A stretch of DNA of 63,883 nt from assembly GCF_016433145.1 (NCBI RefSeq), contig NC_058133.1, positions 209,220,912 through 209,284,794 of the forward strand, given 5' to 3'. Source of the DNA: Gracilinanus agilis. Its lineage: Eukaryota. Both the position numbers and the translations under genes were made by a program. Shown piece after piece: positions 50,601-62,600 of the stretch (position 1 is the first letter of the stretch; every line of letters starts with the position of its first letter). The notes below the pieces were generated by a model. It was not told where the DNA came from. It was given only the letters and a program-made list of their open reading frames with translations, and did not search any database.

Positions 50601-53600
50601 TTTTTGGTTGCCCTTCTCCTTCTGATCTGATTTTCTTTGTAGGTTATCTTTCTTTGCCTCTTTTTCAAGCTGGTCAGTTTTGGCTTTCAATTCTTATTTT
50701 AGTTCATGTATTTTCTTTTCTCAATTGTCTTAAGCCTCTCTTGATTGTTTTTTGAGTTCTTGAGTTAATTGAATTTTGAGTTCTTCCAAAACCTGTGTCC
50801 AATTCACTGGAGTTTTTGTGCTTTTGCTTGGTGTTCCTTGGTCCTCCTCTGTTCCATTTGCAATTTGTTCATTTCTTGGATAGAAGCTGTCAATTGCAAT
50901 TTCTTTTTCTGTTGTTTACTTATATTTTTTCCTTCTTCTCCCACTCCCTCCCCCCCCCCCAATGGCTATAATCTTGCTCCTTTTATTTGCTGGATCTGTG
51001 GGTTTGGGCTCTTCTGTCCTGAAGGGACTTCTCTGCTCTGCTAATTGACTAGGTTAATGAGCCCTAAGGTCAGATCTTCCCTAGCTGGCAGCAGAAACTG
51101 AAGATGTGATTATAGCTACTTTCCCTGCAGTCTGTGGGAGAGGGATGTTGGAGCTTCCCTGAAGACTTCATATCTGCCCTATTATTGATAAGATTAAACC
51201 AAGGTGGAGTTGATCTGCAGAGCTGGATGTGCCCTGAGGACAAAACCTGGAGAAAGGGGAGGGCAAGATGGAGTGTTTTGGCTGTGACTAGGCTGCCCTC
51301 TCTGCACTTCTCCTCCAACTGCCTCCCTGCCATTTATGTTCAACTCCCCGAACCTGGCGCAGCTGTGCCAGTAAGGCACTCCTTCTGGACTAGTGCCCTT
51401 GCCTGCCCCCAATTCCACTGGGTTTTACATGTATCTTTGATCGAGACCTATTTCCATAATGTTGATAATTGCACTAGAGTGATCATTTAGAGTCTATATC
51501 CCAAATCATGTCCCCATCAACCCATGTTTTCAAGCAGTTGTTTTTCTTCTGTGTTTCTGCTCCCACAGTTCTTTCTCTGCATATGGATAGCGTTCTTTCT
51601 CATAAGTCCCTCAGATCTTGGGTCATTGCATTACTGCTAGTAGAGAAGTCTATTACATTCAATTGTGCCACAGTATATCCATCTCTGTGTACAATGTTCT
51701 CCTGGTTTTGTTCCTTTCACTCTGCATCAATTCCTGGAGGTCATTCCAGTTCACATGGAATTCCTCCAGTTTATTCCTTTGAGCACAATAGTATTCCTTC
51801 ACCAACAGATACCATAATTTGTTCAGCCATTCCCCAATTAAAGGACATCCCCTCGTTTTCCAATTTTTTTGCCGCCACAAAGAGGCCTTTTTAAAGATTG
51901 AGTCATTGTTGAAGTAGTGCCACCTGGCTTCCAGTAAATTCTTTCTCACCTCAACAACTCTGGTTTCTTCCTTTTTGACTTTTTAAACATCTCTGTATTG
52001 CTGTATTTTTACATATTCATTTCTTTTTAGTTCGTATATTTGTGGTTATGGTAAATATTTGTGTTTTGATCACTTATGTTTTATTTTAACTTAATATCTT
52101 TTTTCTTTTAATAACAAAATTCCATATAAGTTTTCTGAAGTCATATGGTCCATTTGTCTCCCTTACTTCTTTCCTCCTTACTCCTGGAGCTGACAAGCAA
52201 TTAAATTTGGGTTATACATGTATTTTCACACAATTATTGCTATTACTCATTTTTGTAAGTGTATAATTTTTTAAAACTAAAACCCCAAACATATACCCAA
52301 ATAAACAAGTGATAAATCATATGTTTTCATCTGCAGTTCTTCTCCAATAGTTCTTTCTCTGGAGGTGGAAAGCATTCTTTTTCTTAAGTTCCTCAGAATT
52401 GTCCTGGATGGTTGTATTGCTATCTGTAGCAAAGTCTTATCAATTTAATCATTCCATAATATTGCAGGTACAGAGTATAGTATTCTCTTGGTTCTGCTTA
52501 TTTTACTCTGCATCAGTTCATGTAGCTCTTTCTAGCTATTTCTGAAATCTTTCTGTTCATTTTTCCTTATAGCTCAGTAGTATTCCATCACCAACATATA
52601 ACACAATTTGTTTACCCATTCACCAATTGAGAGACATCCCTTTAGTTTCCAATTCTTTGTCACCACAAAAAGAACAGCTATAAATATTTTTGTGCAAACA
52701 GGTCCTTTTTTTTTTTCTCTTCGGGAAACAGACCTAGTAGAGGTATTAATAGATAAAAAGGTACGCATTTTTTATAGCCCTTTGGGCATAATTCCAAATT
52801 GTCCTCCAGAATGGCTGGATCAGTTCACAACTCTACCAGCAATGCAGTAATGTCCCAATTTTGCCATATTCCCTCCAAAATTTATCACTTTCCTTTACTG
52901 CCATATTGGCCAATCTGATTGCTGTGAGGTGGTACTTCAGAGTTGTTTTAATTTGCATTTCTCTAATCAGGAGGGATTTAGAACATTTTTTTCACATGAT
53001 TATTGATAGCTTTGATTTCTTATCTGAAAACTGCCTATTCATATCCTTTAACAGTATCAATTGGGGAATAATCAGTTATATTTTAGACAAGTGTTTGCTG
53101 CATTTTTTTTTAATAGATGTCTCTCTTGGTCAATTGTCCAGTTCTTCATAATCTCATTTGAGGTTTTCTTGGCAGATACTGAAAGAGTTTGCCATTTGCT
53201 TCTCCAGTTCATTTGACAGATGAGGAAACTGAGGCAGAGTTAAGTGACTTGCCCAGTGTCACACAGTAAGTGTCTAAGGCCAGATTTGAACTGAAGAAGA
53301 TGAATCTTCCTGACTCCAGGCCTGACTTTCTCTCCATTGTGCCACCTAGCTGAGCAGACAATAAGTACTATGAAGGCAAATGAATTTTTATTTTTCCTTT
53401 GTAACTCTTCATTGTACCTATTGGAAAACCATGCATACAATAAGCTTTCAGAATGACATCAGTAACTGACTGGCCTGATGAAATTATACTTACATATTTA
53501 GAAGCATATCTTTAGCCAGAGTTGAGGTCCCATCTACTTAAGGTATTCTTTTCTCCTCTACTCCTGTATTCATCATGAAAAATTTCTGGTTCTTTTTTGT

Positions 53601-56600
53601 ACAAAGATAAAGCCACCAATCCTTCCAACCGCCAGGAGGACTGGGAGTACATTATTGGCTTCTGTGATCAAATCAACAAGGAGCTTGAAGGGTAAGTCCC
53701 AAAGCTATAGACCAGTGATTCCCAAAGTGGGTGCCACGGAGGGGGGGGGGAACAGTGATGGCCACCGTGCATTTGGGAGCCGTGAATAACTGTAAGGGGG
53801 TAGTGATAGTATGTGACAGGGGTCACTAAGTAATATTTTTTCTGGAAAGGGGGCAGTAGGCCAAAAAAGTTTGGGAACCACTGCTATAGAGGGTGCATCA
53901 GTAGGTGAGAACTACATCTCTTAAGAAAATCAAAGGCTTTGATTCAGGAAAGCTATCTAGGGATTTATGGTTTAATTGTGATTGGCAGTATGGATTGCTT
54001 ATGTTTCTCAGGCCTCAGATTGCAGTCCGGCTGCTTGCCCACAAAATCCAATCCCCACAGGAATGGGAGGCAATCCAAGCCTTAACGGTAGGTAGCATTT
54101 CTTCTTTTCTAAAACCCCATTTCACTGTCATGAGGGCTTCTCATTTGGTGGGGTAGAATGCCAGGGCATTTATTTTTCTCTATGCTTATGTAATATCATT
54201 TATGGAGGTTTCCAGAACTTAGGACCTAGAAGCTTGCTTTTTTGGTGAAAAAAATTTGTTGCTGTGGATCTTTATGGTCCTCTAAATTGAACCAGAAAAA
54301 TAGATTCTGAGGAATATGACCTACTTACTATTGGAATCTGAGGCAGATAAAAGCATGTCCTCTTCTATTTTATTTCCTTCATGAGATTTTTATTATATGT
54401 GTGATATATGTCCTTCACAACATATGGAAATATGCATTGCATGAAAGTTCTGGTAATCAGACAATATGGATCCTAAAATGACAGAAAACAACTGTCAAAA
54501 ATTGTTTCTACATGTATCTGAAAAGATAGATTAATTTTTAAAAAAGAATATAACCTCCTTGGTGGCAGAAAATCTTTGTCTTCACTTCTCCAGTCTTGCA
54601 TGTAATAAATACTTACAAAACCAAATTGGTCTAGACTTGGATTTTCCCCTACTTCCTCTACTATAGGAGACTTATGTAGATCTTTCAGAAGTCATGGAAT
54701 AACAGAATCTGCGAGTTAGAAGGAATAAAAATAATAACAACAGCTAACATTTATATGGCAACTGCTGTGTACCAAGTACTGTGCTAAGTGTTTTATGATA
54801 GGATCTTCATTTGATCCTCACAACAATTGTGGGAGGTAGGTGTTATTATTATACCCATTCAGGTCATTTAGTGCAGTCTTTACGTCAGCAGTTACTCTTT
54901 TGACAGCATCCCCAAGATTGGTCATCCAACCTTCATTTGAAGACCTTTGGGGAAGGAGGGTTGCTATTTTCCATGACAACCCATTCTGCTTTTAGACAAC
55001 CCTAATTGTTACGAAGATTTTCCTTAAATCAAGTCTAAATACTCCCCTTTGCAACTGCCACACAGTGGTTCTAGTTCTAACTTCTGGGGTTAAAGAATAT
55101 TTAAGCATCTACTCTGTGCAAGACATTGAACTCAGATAGATATTTTGTCTCTCTTAGATCTTTTAAGACTGAATGCCTCCAATCTGACTGATTCCCCCAA
55201 CCCTACCTTATATCACTTTGCCATTCACAAATCTTTAGGGACACCCTTTTACTTCTGTGATTAAAAAAAAAAAAAAACACCACCAAAACTACTGGGCCTG
55301 GCATTTAAAGTCTTCCACAATCTAGTTTCCACCTAATTTTTCACACATTTCATAGGCCCCTTTATTTTCTCTACATTCCAACCAAATTGGCTATTCCCCA
55401 AACTCAGCATTCCATCTTGTATCCATTTCTAGAATTTAGTCCTTCCTCACTTTCAATTCTCATAGTCTCTAGCTTTCTTTAAGATTCAGTTCAGGTGTCC
55501 CTTCCTAATCTTCTAGGTATGCTTCATTTTTATCTTTATCTCTTCGTTCCCCTGCACAGTGCTTTGTACATGATGGGTACTTATTAAGTGCTTATTAGTT
55601 TAAATCGATTTCATGTTACCATATTTTCTAGTCCCTTCACCATTCTTGTTATCTTACACTCGACATGTTCTAGTTTGTGAATGTCAATTCTAATATGTGT
55701 ACAAACACAACCATGTTTTGGTCTGCAGAATCTGGAAAAGCTATGGGCAGCTGGGTAGCACAATAGATAGAGAGCCAGGCCTAAAGAGGACCTGGCTTCA
55801 AACCTGACCTGACACTTCTTAGCTTTGTGACCTTGGGCAAGTCACTTAACCCTATTGCCTAGTCCTTACCACTTTTCTATCTTAGAGTTGTTACTAGGAT
55901 GAAAGTAATGATTAAAAAAAAAAGAAGAATCTAGAGGGACTGTCACCTCCCTTCAGAATCCTTCATCTTGACTACATGAGGAAGTCATAGGGCTCTTTAT
56001 TCCCTAAATGTCACTTACCATGTTGACTTTTGGGGATATTTTGTTACACTGTTGATTTATAGAGAATTGGCAGTCTACTAAGAATCCCAAATCTTTTTTT
56101 CCCCCACAAGATCTTTTTTAAACAAACTTTTTTCTAGCTATGCCTCCCCCTTTGTCTCCCCATTCACACCCCTCTCTTACCTGGCCATAGGTGCTGGAAG
56201 CATGTATGAAGAACTGCGGGAGGAGGTTTCATAATGAAGTGGGGAAGTTCCGTTTTTTGAATGAGTTAATCAAAGTCGTCTCTCCCAAGGTCAGTTAGCA
56301 GTTGGTTGTCTTACCTCATAGTCACATCCTTTTTGTGCCTTCCCTGTCCCCTGCTTCATCAGCTTTCCCTAAACAACCAATATCTCCTCCACGAAACAGG
56401 ATTCCTCTATTCTGGTTGAGAATAAGGACTTTGTGGAACCTAGGGACAATCTTTTTTTGATTAATTCCCAGTTTAAGCAAAAAAGTGTGTGAGAGAGATG
56501 TGTTCCTATTTGATAGACCCAGCACCACTAGATTCCTGGGGTTTTTACAGGCATCAGTTGTTAACTTATGTGGCTCATAAAATTTAGGTATTAACCTTCT

Positions 56601-59600
56601 GGGATAGGTCCTATTGAGTCAGTATCACCTAGCTCTGGACACTACCATGAAGGACCATTGGGACCTGTTATATCTTATTAAAGAAATTCCCTTTAACTCC
56701 TTCAAGATAAAATGCAGTTGTGTTTCTGGCAGATTATGCATGGAAATGACAGTAACAAGAAGTCCTGGCCCCTGCCTAACTACAGGCTGTATCCCAGATT
56801 GATACAGATATGCCACAGGTAGTTGCCTCTCTTATCCCTCCTCTTTCTCTCACACATACCTTTAAAGCCTGATGTCTTTTAGTAGGCTTGAGGACTAGTG
56901 CTAATTAGCAGCCAGTTAATTACAGTCAAGAGCCTTACCACTTTTCCTGCCTTCAGATTGCAGTTACTAGGCTTTCCTATTTCACTTTTAATCTCAGTAC
57001 TTGGGGGACAGGATCTCAGAGAAAGTGAAAACGAAAGTCATTGAGCTGCTATATAGCTGGACAGTGGCCCTGCCAGAGGAATCAAAAATCAAGGATGCCT
57101 ACCAGATGCTTAAAAGACAGGGTGAGTGTCTCATTGCATTCACTTTTCCTCTCTCTCAAAACCAGGTAATAGAAGGAATTTATGTTTCAGCAGATCAGCA
57201 GAGTGAAGGAGCTTATAAAATCACCCAAATCCTTTGACCCAAGACTTGATATTTCAAGGGGATGCAGGAAAGAACACGGCTTTCGGAGTTAGGAAACTGA
57301 CTTAGAGCCTCAAATCTGACACTTTCTGGCTCTAATCCTAGTCACTCACTTCTTAATTGTTATAGCCCTCAGTTATATCATTCATAAAATGGGGGTAAAT
57401 AAGATCTCATCTGGTTTTTATGAGGAAAATTTTCATGACTGTTAAGGTGCTATTTAAATGTGAGTTATCACTGTTACTTGAAAGAACTTAAGTTGTTGAA
57501 GCAGCTGTGTTCATTCACCAGGGAGGGATGTGAGAAGTACTATGAACTGTACCTTGAACTACTTTTAACCTTGTTGATCTGATTCTCTCAGGAAAGGGAG
57601 GGAAAAGAAGAAAAGTTTTTGTCCTTGGTATCAGTAAATACCCTTATTCTGTGGGTCTCATTTCAGGGATTGTGCAGTCTGACCCACTGATTCCTATGGA
57701 TCGGACACTAATCCCCTCCCCACCACCTCGTCCCAAGAATCCTGTTTTTGATGATGAGGAGAAATCCAAGGTAAGGTACAGCCTGCCCGTGGCAATCCAG
57801 AGTCAAGAAAGGCTAAGCAATATGAAATCAAGTACTAGACTGAACTTTACAGCAAAGTGGAATGTCATTTTAAGAAACCCTTACCTTCCATCTTAGAATC
57901 AATACTGATTGATCTTGGTTCTAAGTCAGAAGAGTGGTAAGGGCTAGGCAATGGGGGTGAAGTGACTTGTCCAGGGTCACACAGCTAGGAAGTGTCTGAG
58001 GCCAAATTAGAATCCAGGACCTCCCTTCCATCTCTAGACCTGACTCTCAATTCACTGAGTCACTCAGCTGCCCCTGGAATGTCATTTTTACAGTAATCTT
58101 GTCTTTGATGTCTTTTATAGCTCCTAGCCAAGTTGTTGAAGAGCAAAAATCCAGATGATCTTCAAGAGGCCAACAAGTTGATCAAATCCATGGTGAAGGA
58201 GGTGAGCAAACTTGATGCTTTGACATAGCATTTGTCATGAAGCAACAGTCTTTTTTCCTTCTCAGCATTATACTTATTCATTCTTGTCAGCAGCTTCTTG
58301 GTGTATGTCAATACATTGGTCTTGAGGGAGATCTAGATTGAGTTAGAAGGATTAGCATTATTATATCTGAAAAGGGTGGAAGTAGGGAAGCAATGTCAGA
58401 TCAGCTCACAGGGACCTGAATTCATACATAACAATGTGCTTTGGCAGTAAATTCTCTTTCTACTGTCCAAGAAGGCAAAGGCCAAAGAGCTTTTCTTTAC
58501 TTTGTGGGTGCCCTGAGTGCCCTGGGATTCACAACTGGATTCTGAGTGAAATTCTGGGAGATAGAGAGATCTCTGCTTTGAAAAATCTTTTTAAATTTTT
58601 AGGGTTTTTTTTTTTTACAGTTACAGTCAGTCTATAATTTTCATGGTCTGTTTACTTCACTTTGGATCAGTTCCTATGTCTTTTCATGTTTTATGTTCTA
58701 TCAGCAATGCTTCAGTTAAACCCAGTGGGATTGCATGTTGGCTATGGGCAGGAGTTGGGGGAAGGTTGGGAAAGAACATGAATCTTGTAACCATATAAAA
58801 ATACTCTAATTAAATAATACTTGCTGGGTTTGAAAAATAAAATAATAAAGCAATGCTTCAGTTAGTAGGCATTCACTTTGTTTTTTGCCCCTACAAAAAA
58901 ATGCTGCTATAAATATTTTGGGTATATATGGGAATCTTTCTTTTTATCATTAACTTCCTTGGGGTTTATACTTAGCAATTGGAACTGTGGGTCAAAAGAT
59001 ATTTAAGATTTAGTTGACTTCTTAGCATAATTCCAAATGTGCTTTCCAGAATTTTCATGCCTCCCCAAATAGTGTGTGCTTATATTTTCCTTTTTATTAT
59101 TAAATACTTGTGGTTTTTTTTTTGGAGTTTGCCTTTTTACAAACTCATCAGTATTGATTATTGATTTTTTTTCTCTTTGTCAATATTTGGGGTGTAGGAT
59201 AAGACTTTAGTTATTTGTATTTGCATTTCTCAGCATTGTAAATAGAATGGTTACCAAAAAAAAAGTAAAACTAAAAGCTGTGAAATTGTGACCAGTCTTG
59301 GCACCAAAGAATAAATAAGAGAATCTACCTCTTTCCCTTCTTTGTAAAGATTGGGGAAGTTGGGGGGAGGAGGTTATTAATTAAGCATATTGATAATAGA
59401 ATTTGGTTGATATGTTAATTTCACTTACCTGTTTTTTAAAAATTTATTTTAACAGTGGATTTCTGGGAGAGAATGGATATAGTGGGAAAAGGAGGCATAT
59501 TAAAAGCAGAATAATAAGAATTTAAGAAATAAATTAAGGCACTGATAATCGGAGTTTTTTAAAAAATCTTTTTCTCCATCCTCTTGTGATTCAGGATGAA

Positions 59601-62600
59601 GCTAGGATCCAGAAAGTGACCAAAAGACTACATACTCTCGAGGAAGTCAACAACAATGTAAAACTTCTCAATGAGATGCTGGTTCATTATAGTAAGGAAG
59701 ACTCATCAGAGGCAGATAAGGAACTCATGAAGGTAATCATTCTTAGTAGGACTAAAAATCAGGGAGCATTTCTAATTGAAGGCAGGATGCTGTTAGCTAA
59801 TCCAGGGATATTTGATGACTCTCATACTTATGACTCTTATACTGCAACCTGGGTGCCTTTTAAATATAGATCAAATCTTGTTTATGGAGCTAGTGACAGA
59901 CTTAGATAATATTTTGGACAGGTACCTGTTTTGATAAAGTCTTGCCATGGAATTCAGGTCTGAGGCTTGTTGTGAATTATGGTAGCATCCAGTATCAAAA
60001 TAATTTAGGTAGTTTGGTTTCCCATATTGGAATGCATTATTAAAACCATTATTTAATCTGTTGTTAAACCCATAATTTCCATATCCATTTTGCCTGAATC
60101 CATTAAAGTGATTAAACCTATTGCCTCTGTTTCCCCTGAATTCATTGTCCAATGAATTATCCCCTAAATCTGCACTCTCTCATGAGATGACCACGTCTGT
60201 CACAAAGATAACATCTTGGGGTTTCTCTCTAATGTCTGGGGTTGTGTTATTTTTGGGTTGTCTATAAGTACAGCTACTGGTTTTTTCCTGCACTTCATTG
60301 GATTTCAGTTTTTGTTTAAGCTCTCTGATTTCTTTGGTTAAGTTATCAATTATATCGTTTTTCTCTTCTGATTGCCTGTCTTTCTCATCTTGGAAAACAT
60401 AGTTAGCAATTATTCTCCAAATTTCGTCAAGATCCATATCAATCTAATTTGGACAGTTACTTGGAAAATAATTTCAGATCACAGGGCATACATTTTTTCA
60501 CAAACTGCCTGCAAATGTGATTTATGTTTTCCTCTGTTAAAATATCCTACCCAATCCATTTTTTAGCACAGTCAATAATTCTATCAAGGAAAGTGGAGGG
60601 AGTCTCTTCCACTTCCTGCTTTAGGCATTCAAATTTAGACCAGGTTCTTGGGCATCTAGAATTTTGCTTCATAGTTTCAGTTATTGCCTCCCTGGCTGTA
60701 ATTCAGTCTCTGAACCCCACAGATGAGTTAGCTTCCCACTCAGGATCCTTGGTTGGCCAATTGGCAATTCAGGGGTTCCTATTAGTGTCCTCTATAATAT
60801 GCTGTTTCTCCCTCTTTGACAATAATTCATCCATAAGGATGTCAAAGTCCAAATAAGAAGGTTTGTAAAGCTTAACTAAGTGCTTGAATTGCTTTACAAC
60901 TCCCATTGGTTCTTCATATTTTTGAGTATTTTTCTTAAAACTGTCTATATCAGCTTGTGTAAACCTTTTGTGGCATATGAAATTCAGTACACCACGCTAT
61001 GGGGACACTATGGGTACCTCCCTTAAAGGAAACATATGAGCTGGTGTACTTTCTAATGCTTCATTTTCCATTTCTAATTTAGTTGGTTTATCTGATTTAG
61101 TTGTACCCTCTAATTTAGTTTCTTCATGTTCTTTGCTTTCTGCCATTGTCCCTTTAGATCTGAGTAATTCCTCATATTGAGTTTCCATTCCATCCAGTTT
61201 AGTATCTAAATAGTTCACTTTTAACGTTAGATCATTCTTTGCAGTAGCTTGCTTGATGTTTGCTTTTAAATGTTTAAAAATGACTGCCAAAGACTCAATC
61301 ATCATGTAAAAGCACAAGAAAAATAATACTAGCACAAGGATATAAGAGATTAGTTCCAGGAGTGTCAGTGGCATTAGAAAGTCATAGGCAAGTAAATTTT
61401 GTTTATAATCTGGTATAATGCAGAAAAAGATATGGCAGAAAAGCCACATCTAACAGAAAAAGCCCCATGGTGATTTTATGTAGCTAATTCACCAGCTTTT
61501 CTGAGAGCTCAGAGCCTTTGAATCAAGTTGACTGGGAGATGGGTTTTGGAGCCACCTAGAGTTCAGCTCACTGTTACTACAGCCCACAGTTAAACTATCA
61601 GCTCTAGCTCCTTCCACAGACCCCCTGTTGTGTGGGATAATGGTTTCAACTGCCCAAGTTGACAGTTGGCCCCTTAAAATCAGATTTTCTGATTCTTTTT
61701 CCTATTGAACTCACCAAAACTGTAAAAATAATAGGCAGTGAATTGATTATTGATTATAAACTGATAAGATACTCTGCTTGCTGTGCTTACAAAGTATCTT
61801 CAGTTTATATAAGTGAAGCTCATAAGTGAACTTCTCTTCAGGACCAGGCACAAGGACACTAAGTAGACTCTTGTTACATAAAAATAAACTATTTATTGAG
61901 AATATAAGGATAAAACAGGATTTCTCACTCCACTCAAATAAAACTCCCTGGTTCTGCAAGGAACCACTTCTCCTGTTTCCATAGGCTACACTGATCCTTT
62001 CTGGGCTGACCCAAATTTTCCCTGTTCTGCAATAAACTAACACTATTATCCTTAAAAGAAGTTATAAAAATAACAAAGATCAGCTGGCTGAGTCTCAGCA
62101 AGAACCAAGTTAGAACTCTGAGCCTTTCTTTGGTCTTCTCAGATATAAAAACAATTTATGAACCAGCAATAGACAGTCACTAGTGTTTCCCAGGTTGGAA
62201 AAGGAAATCATTTAGCTCCTTGAGGTTTTCCTCTCCTTTCCTTCTACCTCAGATAAGAGAGATAAAAGATGTCACCTCATCTCAGAAGAGAGAGTGTCAC
62301 AGAAAAACCGTTTAACTGTCAACATTTGAAACTGACACTGTCTCAGATCTTTTTAAACTCCAGTTCTTTCTCAAGCCAGCTTCTTCTTCTTACTTCTAAA
62401 CTAATATAATAAGATTTAATTTCTGTTATCATCCTTATAATACTCAAACTGCAACCTGGGGCCCTTTTATAAATATAGATCAAATCTTGTTTATGGAGCC
62501 AGTGACAGACTTTTTTAGTACCAAAGCTTAGCAATATGAGGCATTCAATAGAAGGAGCTCTAGTCTAGGAATTAAAAGACACAGGTCCTATTTCTACTTA

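Noticed and set aside
49159-51949. ORFs of 96-130 aa on both strands
   Set aside because: They are L1 ORF2 or 3' UTR fragments and their antisense frames, not host genes.
58085-58120. Alternative in-frame acceptor 27 nt upstream of GGA3 exon 7, next to a SINE TSD
   Set aside because: It would begin with TAA, so it is non-productive; no evidence of use.
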